A DNA stretch of 64,000 bases from positions 3,834,722 to 3,898,721 of the forward strand of contig OZ037766.1 of the NCBI GenBank assembly GCA_964035545.1. The letters run 5' to 3'. Positions within the stretch are counted from its first letter, which is position 1; each line of letters starts with the position of its first letter. Below, one piece after another: positions 42,808-61,500 of the stretch. Source of the stretch: Bugula neritina. Taxonomy: Eukaryota > Animalia > Bryozoa. The position numbers were made by a program, and so were the translations under genes. A model generated the notes under the pieces. The model was not told where the DNA came from. It made no database searches and worked only from the letters and a program-made list of their open reading frames with translations.

Positions 42808-45800
42808 TCACCCAGCCATACTCTTGTGAGACTTCAACCATTCTTTTTTAATCTTATTCCTCTCACCATATTTAAGAAAAGATTTCCACACAAGACTGTT
42901 TTTCAGAAAGAGTTGTTGGCACATATCCACAGTTATAATTATCTGCCCATGATATTGGTTTGCCGGTATGTTGTGGTTGGCAAGTGTTTGATTCACGTTG
43001 GGGCAAATTCTTGCTGATATTTTGGCATTTAAACTTGTAAAATATTCAACCTGCAAACAATTCCAATGTACTGTTAACAAAAAAGGTTTAAAAAGTTTAA
43101 AAATTGAACAATTATTGTTCTTTTCAAATTTTTAAACATTGAATAGGAAATTATTAATCATGAAATTTCTAAAAATAATTTCTAAAAATTTTGAATGTGT
43201 TTAAAAGACGATTCCTTTACTTTTGAAAAAGGAATGTTTCAACTTTTAATTAGTTTTTCAATAACTACACATGTATGAGTATTGAAATTTAAAATGAATA
43301 AAATTTTCACTGCTTTCTCAATACAGCAAGAATAATTGTTTGTAATACATAGAATTTACTAGAAAGTAGTAAGTTTTACCTCTACCCAGAATTCCTCTGT
43401 CTGCACTTCTGGTTGGTTCCACCAAGTCTTATTGAGAGCCTCATATAACAACAAGTCACCAAAATTAACTTCTTTTGACAATAACCTCTCTTTGGTCTGT
43501 TCAGTTAATTGAGGAGCATGGTAGTCATAGGTTCCAGTCATGTATTTCTTATAGAATATATCAGCATAGTCCCAGTTGAATCTTCTCTTCAATATCAAAA
43601 GAGACGCATCATACTGCTCGTAGAGCATAACAACTGCCGTTCTAAAAGAAGACATAACAGTAATATCTTTACAATATAAGAGTATATAAATATATATAGC
43701 ATTTTTCATCAAGATGGTTGTAGTCCTGTGTGAATGGCAATATATTATATTACATTGTCTTTATAATATAAAATATATTTAAAATATATCCCTATATAAT
43801 AAAAATAAATCAATGAGAAAAAAATTGATGACTATTTTATTTATCTAAGTAACTGTATGCATGCAGTTTAACAACGTTTTAACCTTGAAAGTATAAGTTT
43901 ATTTTATTTATCTAGATTAGCAAAGTAAAGTATTGAACAAAAAATGTTATTCCTTTTCAATAACATAGTATATTATATAATAAATAACAACACGAGTATT
44001 TGCACACCTATACCTCTGTATTATAAAATTGATATGTTCCATCATGGCAGAAACATTATAGCGGTTGGCATAATCAAAGCCCAATGTACACAGTTGTCTC
44101 AAGTGAAATGTATGTAGTCCTTTTCTATTCTTTACTTCTTCAAACATATATTCATCATTGTTTACAACCTCCTCAGCGCTCTAAAAAAGGTTTGAATAAT
44201 ATTATTGCTCATGTTGATCAACCACATTATTACCCTAAATTTCTTCATTATATAAAAATCTATAGCATTGAGTAGAATATTTTGCATTATCAATCAAAAA
44301 TTGCATTCCTCTTTCAAGAGTTCTCACTTAGAGGTCGTACAAGTGTATTATATATTATACTGCTGCTATCATGAAAGGCCTTGGATTATTTTTATCTAAA
44401 TGATTAGATTATAGAGTTATCTTATCACAATGTAGTATGATTAATAAAATTCAAAATAATTCCTATTTTCACCGTTTTCTAAATACAGCAATAATTTTAT
44501 GCAATACAATGTACCATTTTTCAGCAGAACTTACCTTTTTAAGGAAATTGGAGGAAGCTGACACCATCCATGCTACTGGCTCCCTAACTGGTACTATCAG
44601 CTTATATCCTTTCTTCATTCGCTCGTCCAGTGTTTGGGGATTGTAAACTGCAAAGTTTATTAGTACTTCTGGCTTTTCTTCAACTTTCGGCCCAACTAAC
44701 CATTCTGAAACTAAAACAACAGTGAAGTGTTGAAGCTTCTTGACAAAAGAATTGCTCATTCTTCTGTTTTTAATCTATGAATGGGCAGTGGGTGCCTAGT
44801 GGCCTCTGCCTTTACTGTTCAGGCGATTATTTTAGAATAACATGCTAAGCACATATTCACACCTTGGCTTATGCCTTTTAGCTGGTGCGTCCAAGTTGTT
44901 GAAGTTGGCCTCCCTTGATTAAGATTTAATTGCAAGTTTTGTGATTCAAGTAATTTTCATTTAAACCTAGACTATTGTTATTAAAAACTAGTTGGTAGGC
45001 CTTGGTATTTAGCAGTGCCGATAAAAAGTAAATATGCAGATTAAAGAAAGCAGGCATGCAGAAATTTAGCTGTATTAGTTTTATTAGCTATTAGTAAATA
45101 TTCATCAAGTCAAGTCGTTGGTTTTGACAAGCTTGGAAAAAGCTTGCTGTGAACAAGATCTTTCAATTAGATATTCTTTTACGAACCTGAAGCATTTCTA
45201 TAGACTGGCATCAACAAATTAAGTGAGTGAGCCTTACTAAACCTGGAGAGGATGGAGAAAAGCGTGGTTGAACCAGTTTTGGGAATCTTTACAAATACGA
45301 AGCTTGTAATCTTAGACTGCCCAGTCCCTGCATCAACAATTTTGTATGCAAAAAGTACAATTACATGCTTCCAGTAGAATAGCATAATTTAATCTGTAAT
45401 AATGTATTTGCAGAGACCTATTGAGCTATGAAATTAGCTAAAACAAGAGATGTAGTATTGCTTTAATAGCAGAAGTAGCTTAAAATAAAATTATCTTTAC
45501 CATATTTTCGAATTAATTGCTAAAATTTCTAATGAAAATGAGGATTTCAGTAGCTATAAAGTTTGTGCCAACATTTTAGCCACTGTAACTTAGTTATTTT
45601 ATAATATTGAATTTCATTCTGCATTACAATGCATTAAAACAGAAGTCTGCTGCTATCTTTAGAAAAACAACTAAGCAGCTAAACTAAATGCTAATTACTT
45701 AGTAAAGAATTTAAAATTGTAAGCAACTCTTCAACAATAAAAACAGTTGAGTCTTTCACGTACTACATCATCAAAATACACATTTCCTTTTTCTAAATAT

Positions 45801-46603
45801 AAGTCACACTCGCGATAAGCTATTTTGGACTCAGCAAGGTTTTGGACTTCCCATTTTGAAATGACCACTTTAACTGTGCATGCCTGAATTTTTTCCACTC
45901 TGTCCATTTCCTCAGTGTGTCTTTAGTCTAATATAAAAGACACTGCAATATGAAACAGCTATTAGACTTACAGCTTTCTCCATGAACTTTTGCAGGTCTA
46001 ATCCAACGTATAAGTTTGTAACTTTTAGAACTGCTACTTATATAACATCTGCAAAATGAATAGAACTTTTGTAAAGATAGTTTAAGGCCTAATAAGGGAG
46101 CTGCTATTGCATAGACAGCGGACTTGGTGTAATACTTGTAGGCCAACTCTAAGGTTGGAAGTTCAGCAAGATCATTGGAAGGGCAACCTAGCCGATCATA
46201 CCATCTTTTATGCCACATCAACAGGCCCAACACTATGTTGTCGGAATGGTGAGAGGTATAGTTTTTAGACTGGTGAAACATTATCCTTCTTGTAAAAACT
46301 GCAGGCCTTCAATTTGCAAACTATAGGGTGCTCACCTTTACACAGCTATAGGGGCTACTGGGAAATCTCAACGCTACACTTCAAGATTTCTCTAAAGATT
46401 TCAAACAAACATTGGTAAAAGGTAGTGCGTATTCAGGCATTTTTACACCTTTGAGTATAATCAGGTAGTAAGTATTTAGTTTTAATAATTTAAAAAGAGT
46501 ACTAGAAAATAGCCGTATGTATAAGTATTGGCTATACTCACAGTATAATGAAGCTAATCGCCAGGATGATTATCATTTTATAAGATTCATTACTTGATTT
46601 CAT
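42808..46603 (-). CDS. Galactose-3-O-sulfotransferase-like gene, copy A (7 exons; exon 3 acceptor mutated, possibly rescued or a pseudogene)
   Basis: Type II TM N-terminus MKSSNESYKMIIILAISFIIL; 5'-PSB KIPKTGSTT; 3'-PB VREPVAWMVS; EQYDASLLILKRRFNW; DLLLYEALNKTWW. Exons ~46542-46603, 45972-46048, 45187-45345, 44535-44710, 44014-44180, 43380-43641, 42808-43050. Confidence 0.75.
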
Positions 46604-48045
46604 TTTAACTAAAGTTATTGTTATAGCTTGTAGCGTGCAGGTTAGATTTAAGTAGGATTCAAACAGCGAGACTGAACTCACTGCAGCTGAGATGGCGATG
46701 AACAAATTCCTTTTACTAGATTTAGGTGAATGACCATTGGTCAGCGTCTATTATGTTTTGTTAGAAAGTCACTAAAAGCAGCACCGAGTTGGAAGTCACT
46801 GCGTGCAGTTTGTATAGACATAATTGTCAAAACTCGAGACTCTCAACCACAATGACTACCAACTTGTTGCTGCTTCTAGCAATTACCATTTTAGCTATGG
46901 TCGTAACCACTGTTACTATATTATATTATATTATGTGCTTTTGTTGATAGCTAGTCGCGGATTGCCAAGAAGCTGCTTTATAATGCTAAGCAACCAGTAA
47001 ACACAGCCTACTTAGGATTACTACTTAGTGTGAAGTAAATTCTGCACTTTATTTTCTAATAATAAACCAATCAAATCAGAATTTTTCTACGTTACATAAA
47101 CTAGCCCAATGCAGTATATGATTATGAATAAATTTATAACCTAAAAGATAAAGACTATAAATGGTAAGGTTTTGTAAATAATCAGGTGCTATAGTCAGGT
47201 GATTTGTACGATGTTTTAGAGTCTAGACCTAGCATAGTTTCTTGCACGGTATCATTTGTAGTCATTCTTATTCTCAAAGTCAAGTCATTTTCATAAAGTA
47301 GCTTCAAAGTCAAGTCATTGTGTGTTTGTTTCTTACCCTGAAAGGAATCAAAAAACAACAGCTCTGTTTATGTAGGCTGGCCAAATGTCTCACAGCTTTT
47401 ATTCACATCCTTTAGACAAAAATAATACAGAGATAATGGAGATAATATAACTAAAAATAATTTAGGGTTTCAGTTTAGCTTATATAATAGGTAGGATAAA
47501 AATAGTTGCATGATGCCCATCAATAAATAAAATAGCAAATTAGCCAAAAGTTAATTCAAACAGCGAGACTGAACTCGCTGCAGTTGAGCTGCCGATGAAT
47601 AAATTCCTTTCACTAGATTTAAGTGAATGACCATTGGTCATGTTTTGTTGAAAAAATTACTAAAAGCAGCACGGAGTTGGAAGTCACTGAGTGCACTTTG
47701 TATAGACATAATTGTCAAAACTTGAGACTCTCAACCACTGCACTCAGTGAGCACTAACTCATTGCTGCTTCTAGCAATTTCGATTTTTCTGTCACTATGG
47801 TTGTAATCACTGTTATCTATATTTTATATTATATTATGTGCTTTTGTTGACAACTAGCCACCAGACTGCTTTATAATGCTAAGCAACCAGTAAACACAGC
47901 CTACTTAAGATTACTACTTAGTGTTACGTAAATTCTGCGATTTGTTTTCTAATGATTGACCAATCAAACCTGGATTTTTCTATGTAATATGTATAGGACC
48001 ATTGTACTATACGATTATAAATAAATTTAAAACCTGCAAGATAAA

Positions 48046-48349
48046 CTGTCCACTCCCCTTATGGACCAACTGCTACTTCTACAGGATACGCTTCTAGTGT
48101 AACACAAGAGCCAATTCAGTTTGCTCCACTACTGGCCGCCTCGGGCAGTAAGTATTTGCCACACCATACTCCCTTTCTTACTTGAATCTTTAAATCTGAG
48201 GCTAAGAAAATATAATAACTATAATGACTAACTTTATTTATAGCCTTAGAGTGTTAAGATACTCTTATGTTATAGAGCCAGCTGTAACCCCTGAGCCTGA
48301 GATTCCATATAGCCAGCCACCGCCCTATGATAGATATGTCCCCTACTAG
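48046..48349 (+). pseudogene. 5'-truncated copy 4 of the TM/PPPY gene (partial exon 2, exon 3)
   Basis: Homology begins mid-exon 2; no exon 1 seen upstream. Confidence 0.75.
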
Positions 48350-49339
48350 AATCTCCATGGCTAGCCTGTGTGCTTCTGTTTTACTATAGCATTATTATTG
48401 AGTGTGTTTTACCACCCTCCTTCCCTCCCTGTCATTTATTGTGTGGTGCTCACTCAATGCAATCATGTCATCTTTTCTTGCTTTTATTTTATGTTAATCA
48501 TATTTTTATATACAATAATATAATAGTGTATGACACAACAAGATATAAGCTGTGACAGTTTTCATAGAAATTTACAATTGTATTGAAATCTTGATACAAA
48601 TTATGAGATGTTTTCTCTATAAATTGTCAACACTTTTTATAATATAATACAACCACCTGCTACCCATACATCTTAATAAAAATATTTTAATTCAAGTTTT
48701 AAAATAATATAATATTGTTATTAGATAGGCTTGACATGTGGGGAGATATTGATTTAGCGTTAACATCTAGCTCAGCCTAAAATCTACACTAGTTTATGAT
48801 TGCTAATTGATGTAGTTTTATGTCTAAGGAATCTATTTAAATCACTTTCACGTACCATAAAGTGCATTTCATGTGTAGCTTATCTTAAGAAACAATCACT
48901 CTCTTACTATGATGATGTGGTGCTATAGATCGAGATGAGATGCGAAACTGTTACACAGGCTTTGAACACAACATGTCAAACTGATGTTGAAACAGGTGCA
49001 GCCCTAGTAGAGAAAACTGTTTTTTGGTCATAGCACAGCCATGTGCTGAATGATGGCAAGTAAAGGACAAGATAAATTAGTTTATTGTATTGACAATATA
49101 TTTAGTTTATCAACACCATAAAACTTCAGTCTGATTAGAAAACTAACATTGATTAACATTAGTGAGTGAGAGTGAAACAAGCATAAATATGGTGACATTT
49201 AATTGGGCAAGTGATTTTGGCTGAGAGTTCTACCAAATAACAATGTAAGTAAAGGAAAGCAAGTAATGTTTTGTAATGACAGAGCATTTAGTATCACAGC
49301 GTGTAAACAATATATACATATACTTTTGTGAGATTTCAG

Positions 49340-54290
<4,951 letters not shown>

Positions 54291-55610
54291 TTTAACAGAA
54301 GTTATTGTAGCTTGTAGCATGCAGGTTAGATTTAAGTAGGATTCAAACAGCGAGACTGAATTCACTGCAGCTGAAATGGCGATGAATAAATTCCTTTTAC
54401 TAGATTTAGGTGAATGACCATTGGTCAGCATTTATTATGTTTTGTTAGAAAATCACTAAAAGCAGCACCGAGTTGGAAGTCACTGAGTGCAGTTTGTATA
54501 GCCATCATTGTCAAAACTCGAGACTTTCAACCACTGCACTCTATGACTACCAACTTGTTGCTGCTTCTAGCAATTACCATTTTAACTATGGTTGTAACCA
54601 CTGTTACTATATTATATTATGTGCTTTTGTTGATAGTTAGTCGTGGATTGCCAAGAAGCTGCTTTATAATGCTAAGCAACCAGTAAACACAGCCTACTTA
54701 GGATTACTACTTAGTGTGAAGTAAATTCTGCACTTTATTTTCTAATTATGAACCAATCAAATCAGAATTTTTCTACGTTACATAAACTAGCCCATTGCAG
54801 TATACGATTATGAATAAATTTATAACCTAAAAGATAAAGACTATAAATGGTAAAGTTTTGTGAATAATCAGGTGCTATAGTCATGTGATTTGTATGATGT
54901 TTTAGAGTCTAGACCTAGCATAGTTTCTTGCACGGTATCATTTGTAGTCATTCTTATTCTCAAAGTCAAGTCATCTTCATAAAGTAGCTTCAAAGTCAAG
55001 TCATTGTGTGTTTGTTTCTTACCCTGAAAGGAATCAAAAAACAACAGCTCTGTTTATGTAGGCTGGCCAAATGTCTCACGGCTTTTATTCACATCCTTTA
55101 GACAAAAATAATACAGAGATAATGGAGATAATATAACTAAACATAATTTAGGGTTTCAGTTTAGCTTACATAATAGGTAGGATAAAAATAGTTGCAGGAT
55201 GCCCATCAATAAATAAAATAGTAATTTAGCCAAAAGATAATTCAGGGCACCTTCCGTCACCATTATTTTGGTTTGAAAATGTCAGCTTTATAATTAAGTG
55301 AGTCAATCAATGATAACTACAAAATATGGTATTGTAAGTATTACATGCAGAATTGTAAGTATTACAAAGTAATCATAATAAACAGCAAAATATTCACAAT
55401 GAAAATTTCATTAAAAAATTGAAATGGCAGTTGTTATAGCAAGTGGCTTAAATAATATAAATAGCCCAAATTCCAGTAAATTCTACATCTAATACAACAC
55501 CATTCAAAATGGTAGCTATAAATACAAAATATCACGTGCCTAAAAAGTAAATAGTTGTATTTCCTATCCTGACTGGCAATAAAAGTGGAGGCACTACCCT
55601 ACCACTCGAC

Positions 55611-57226
55611 TCATTTTCGTTTAGAGAAGAAGGAGCTCATTTTAGTTGAGGCAGACTTGTCCATGATCTTGTTCATTAGACTTTTGGATGACTTGGCGAG
55701 AGGCTCTGAGCTAGGACTAGACGTAGCTGGAGTTGTGCCCTCACTCACTCTACATCATACACAACACATACACACAGAGTAGATAACTTCATATATAACA
55801 CTGTAACAGTCAACACTAGAGAGAGCAACTGTGGCCTAGTGGTTAGAGTGTTGGCCTACTAAGTGCTAGGTCATGGGGTCAAATCAGGGTCAAGGTCATT
55901 GGTGAAGTTACTCCTGTGTCACAGCCAGCAGTTCTTAGTTGGCTTAAAGAAAACCTATACCATCAGGGGCTTCAAGAGCACACTAAGCACAAAGTGGTGG
56001 CTATTTCATTACAGTGTAGGCAACCCTGAATTAGTGTTAAATAGGTTGGTTATGAAATTAACTGGCAAATACAACCATTTTAAAATAAGCAAAGAGAAAT
56101 TGTTCCATATGCTTGATTCTAGTGAATACATTTGCAAGTAGAAGCAGCTGAGAAAAACCTGCGATTCTGACAGCAAAGAAAAATTTTGTTTTAGCAGAGA
56201 GTTTAGCTGAAGCAACAAAATAACTACCAGGTAGGGTGGGCTACCTGCAAGCTCGTACTTTTCTAATATTTTCTGAACTAATTTATTCAAAATATTTAAA
56301 GCAGAAACAATTTAAAAATTTCAAAATGGTCACAATCAAACATGGTAAAATTTTCTGATGGCTCAAGTTTAGCTTTTTTAGCAAATCAGATGAGATTTTG
56401 TAGTGTGGCATCAACCAGTTCATCAACTGCTTACACTTCAGTTACTGCTGTACAAGGAGATACTTTATATATAATAAATCAACAACTAGTAGATAGGTAG
56501 CAGTGGAACAGTCCCCACTGCATCTCTGTATCAACTAGACACAGTAGATGTATGTCTACTCTACAGGCAGCTCGTGTGAAACTCACCTGCTAGGGGAAGC
56601 TGAAGCTCCCTCCAGTTTATGTTGTATTTCGGAAACCATGGAGCCTATAACAGCTCCACCCTCTAGCCCTAGTTCTTTCAAGTCAAGTTGAAGAGATTTT
56701 AGGCCAGGCAAGAAAGAGTCCTGAGTTATGTGTGTTGAAATGACTAACAAAGATAGACTTGAGGAAAATATTAGAAGAAAAATTCCTAATTAGAGGGCTA
56801 AGATTTTTTAGCAGCATTTTATCCAACTTTCCATCAGTATATACTTTTTCTCACCTTTTACCACCATTTCCTGATCGGTATATACTACTTCAATCTCATT
56901 CAATTACACAAGAATAAAAAAATTAAATAAAGAATTAATTTTTTTTCCACAGCAAAATTTTCACAGTACAACACAAACACTGCACTAACTCTGAACACCT
57001 ATGCTTACACCCCATAAGCATTACCATATCATTCAGTTTCAAAAAATATCTTTCAACTTGAAAATGAAGGAATGTAAAGCGATGTGTATTTTGTGTGTGG
57101 AAAGGATACAGCAGCAGTAGAGGGCACAGTAAGCATCAATGAGGGCAAGTGCTACAGCCTTCCGCAAATTAGTGTCACCACATGAGTTATTCTCCATGGA
57201 CCAGCGGGCTAACTGAGATATGACAA
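55611..57226 (-). CDS. RELCH: RELCH/KIAA1468 (RAB11-binding LisH/coiled-coil/HEAT protein), last three exons (57110-57226, 56587-56743, 55611-55749)
   Basis: Spliced translation ..LIDAYCALYCCFISTHITQDSFLPGLKSLQLDLKEL..SSFFSKRK* matches the RELCH C-terminal pattern AYSALSCCFIS..FLPGLRCL as I recall it; phases are consistent. Confidence 0.85.
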
Positions 57227-58516
57227 CTGCAAGAAAATAAAACTGTTTATTATAAACAGAGAAAACTACATATTTCAGAGAGAAACCTAAATATTATACT
57301 GACACACTCTACCTATGCAGTATTAATATATTAATATATATCTTAGTTACTATCTACATGTACTGTTAAAGGGTTGTATACTCAAACAGTTTTTTACAAT
57401 GCATTTTGTTCTCATGATGACGATGTTTTGGTTTTATCTTTTACCTAATAAAACTAATAATAATTAAACTTCCAAGCCAGCTCAAGCAGTGTGTTGCAGC
57501 AGCAATGAAAGTCAGCAATAATTACTATTAGTTTTATAATACTACAGAATCCAAGAGTTGCAAAAAGTTACCAACAAAAACACAAAATTTATTATAAAAT
57601 AAAACATACAACCCTTAAACATTTTGTAGATGATAGCCGAGATATATAAGAGTATTTTAATACTGCATAGATAGAGTGTGTCAGGGAGTCTTTAATTAAG
57701 GAGTTGTGCTTTCATACACATATACATACACAACAAAGTAGACAACTCCAAGGTTGAGGAGTAGTTGATATGTTTACAGGAGATGTTATATAAAGTTATT
57801 TAGGCTATTCAATCCATGAAAAAGATTCAACCAAAACTATTTCACGCACAATGTCTACCCAATAAGATAAAGAATAAAGTATAACTACAGCTACAGAAAT
57901 ACCTAATGGTGGACTGTTTTAGGTCAATAATATCACTGAAAGTTTATATATCCACATGGCTTCCCTAATCACTAGTAAGAAATGCCAAATGAATCTTCAT
58001 AGACTACATGACTCCATCTAATTTAGTTATAATCACATTAGAACAGCATGGGACTTCTAATTTTATTTCCAAGTCTATCTTCTGAATCCAAATACGCAGT
58101 CTGGTAGAAAACCTGCCTATTCCACTGGGAGCACACAAAATGGCTAATGAACCCAATAAATGACTTTAATAGGTAAGGTGGCTTAGTATACCACCCGCAG
58201 TGGTGCATCAAAGGCCATACACTACTGTGATATTACTGCAGAGTAGAAATATAATCAGCCTAAGACATGAGGCTGTAACTGATAGAGGAATGCTATGCGA
58301 GTAGAAATGTAGAGAAGTTTGTAAGCCACTCATTACAATAATTTACTATAAACACACAAGACTAATTAACAGCTGGCAGGTCTGTATGATTACACAACTA
58401 AATCAATATAAGAAATAGAAAGTATGAAATTATGTAAAGCTGTTTGAAGAGCTGCCTGGAGCAATAACACTTCGAGTTTGCTGCTGTTGGAGACATCATA
58501 CTGTACACGAGGAACT

Positions 58517-61500
58517 ATGTCTGAGCATGCCCATTACTATAGCAACCACATACATCAGTGTAAGTATATAAATTATGAAAATCATTTCATATCATTTCCA
58601 AATTTAGTTTTATTAATTTTAATAATTTTTGGAGAGAGGGTCAGAATTTCTAACCTTTTGATGGGCTGACTTTGTATGAAAAGGTAAGTGCAATAATGAT
58701 ATTTTAAAAAAGCCTGGGTTCTAGACTAAAAATACAAAAAAAAAAGCAAAATTTTCCGCTTTTTTCCCCTTCGCTCCAAACCAAAACATATCAAGATAAT
58801 TAGAGAGCTTAGTCTATTGAAATTGCACTTAAACATGAGTCAAATTATCAGATAGCTAAAACAGATCTAGGTGAATTATAATACATGTCTGTTTAGATGC
58901 AAAAGGTAACTACAGCCAAGTGGCTCACGAGTGGCCGACAGAGTTGGCCATATTCTATCTCTCGTTGGAGATCATCGGAACTCTTGGAGCTTTCACTATT
59001 CTGTTTACAATGATCAGCAGCAACACGTAAGCATCTAGCGTATAAGATATACTCATCTCACAGCCCCACTAAACTATGAGTCTCTGGAATATCATATCAT
59101 GTTCGGCTATAGCCAAATCAGCCGAGTCGACAAAATGGTGGAATATTTATTTCTATAGTAGCCGACCCAACAAGTGAATAAAAAGTCACTCAGCTAAAAA
59201 CACTTTCTCACTGTCAATAATTTTATTTGGTAAATTTAGCCAATTAAAAAGTTAGGTGGGGTCATAGCAAAATAAGGGATTTAAAAGGAGAAAAATTTAA
59301 ATTTTGGATCATATCAAACAGAACAGTTAGTGAGGAAATCCAGCTCCATTTAATTACATATTATCAATTGTATTATAATACATCCATTAATAAACATAAA
59401 GTTTCTTTTCTGCAGGTTCCTCATTACCTACAGAGTGTATTTGATTTTGGCTGCCATTATTGATGTCTTCATGATGTTTATACTCGGAGGGAATGGAGCA
59501 TTGAAGACATTTTACCCTAATATGAACGCAGTTTACTAGTAAGTCATCCCTACTGTTGGGAGGTGAATGTTTTAAGAAATAATTATAGAAAAGCAGTTTT
59601 CTGTCCAGTAAGTAAAGCACCTCAACTCAAACCGGTCTTCAAGGAAATCTATAATGGGCAAAGTGCAAAGTAGTAGTTAAATGCCATTAGATGAAATGAT
59701 TGATCACACTTTTTGACTATATGCTAAAATCAAAGGACAATAATTTTGCTTTCATAATGCATATCCACCAACTTAGATAGAGTTTTTGACTGAAAATCAT
59801 GAATTTATAAACACATCTTTAGCACTAAAGTAGTTATTGGTACAGCAAGTGTTACAACATCTTATACTGAATTTTGACAGCATAATCCTACAGTCGGACA
59901 TTAGCTGCAGAGTCTATCACGTGCTGGTGGGCTTCTTAACCCACTTCAACGTGTGGATACACATAGCCCTGATGATAGAGCTGTTTGTAATCTGTGTGTT
60001 CCCTAAGAAGCTGACCTCCGACAGCAGTACTGAACGGGCACACTACCTCTCCCTTCTGCTACTCTCTGTCTTACTCATTGTCAACATGAACTACTTCTGG
60101 ACAGTGAAACGGCAAAGGGCAAGTTTAACTCCAGAACTACTTAATACTCTTGCTTTTTAGTGTGCATTAATGGAGATCTTCTGCCACCTATCAACAATCC
60201 TTTATATCACTAGCAAGTTGGGCTATGCTATTTCTATCTATCATAAATAAATGCAAAATAAATTCCATGATGTAACAGAATTCAGATAGAAGTAGTTTTT
60301 TAAAAGTTGAATGGAACTTTAATCGTGAAAAATTTGATATTTTCCTTTTCCTATATTACAAAATTTACTTTTACTATGTGAAAAAAATATTTTAGGTAAA
60401 ATTTAAACCGTCTAAAAGCATAAAAATGTTACGGTCTTTAAGCAAAGTTTATAAGCAGCAATGAAAATTGACTACAGTCAGAAAGTTTAAATAAATTAAA
60501 TTAGCCTAATTTCGGCAGTTCCAAGGTAACTATCTTTAAAAATTGGGTAGCAATGGAATAATTTGAGAAAAGGCAGAAGGCTTGTCTATGTTTGTTTGTC
60601 ACAGGAAAGGAAATTTTGAAAATACTACTCTTTTGAACTACATTAATTAAGTTTGTGAGTACGACCTGGTAACCCACTAATGTCTGTATACTTATATAAA
60701 AACTTTACAGCCTCCTTCTATATGGAAGTCATATGGACAAGTAAGTTGTGTCAATATTCAACTTAAAACCATTTATTACCTGAATTACAAAGAGCAATCT
60801 TCTAACATACACACCTCGAGGGTCTCAAATATAAAATTAATAATATTTTAACCTAATTTTTTGGACCATTAAATCCATTTTATCTGAAAATAAAATAGAG
60901 TTTACATACAAAAAATATTACCCCGTGACTTGAAAATTAAATTAAATTTGTTATTAACTTCATTTATAATTAAAAAAATTGAAAAAAATTTCAACTGATA
61001 TACCGTATATAGTTATTAATTTAGTGCTATAGATTTCATTGATCGATTTGGTTAACAAGCAATCACCAGGTCTATTCAAATTCACAAGAAAACATACCAG
61101 AAATAGACCCCTCGTGATGTGTCACATAACATAAAAGCCTATAGACCACTAACAAACCTATAAAATAACATCCTGGCATTATAATTTTACATAGAAGTGA
61201 ACGGAACAGTGGGGGGACAGTGATAATGAAAACAGCATCTGCTGGTAGACAAACCAATTAGAAATTAATTCACTCAAGTGCAAGTATTCCATTCATAAAG
61301 CAAAAAGCAGCAGAATGAGCTTGTAGTAAATACAATAAAACATTTTTTGTAAAATAAGCCAGAAACTGCAGTTATTTTCTGTAGTCTATAAGAGTAGTAT
61401 TACCTGAGCTGCTACAAATTAACATTTTTCTTTAAGAAGAGTTTCTTTTATGTGAATTGTAGATCTATTAAATCAAACAATTTTGCAGATTAACAAGTGT

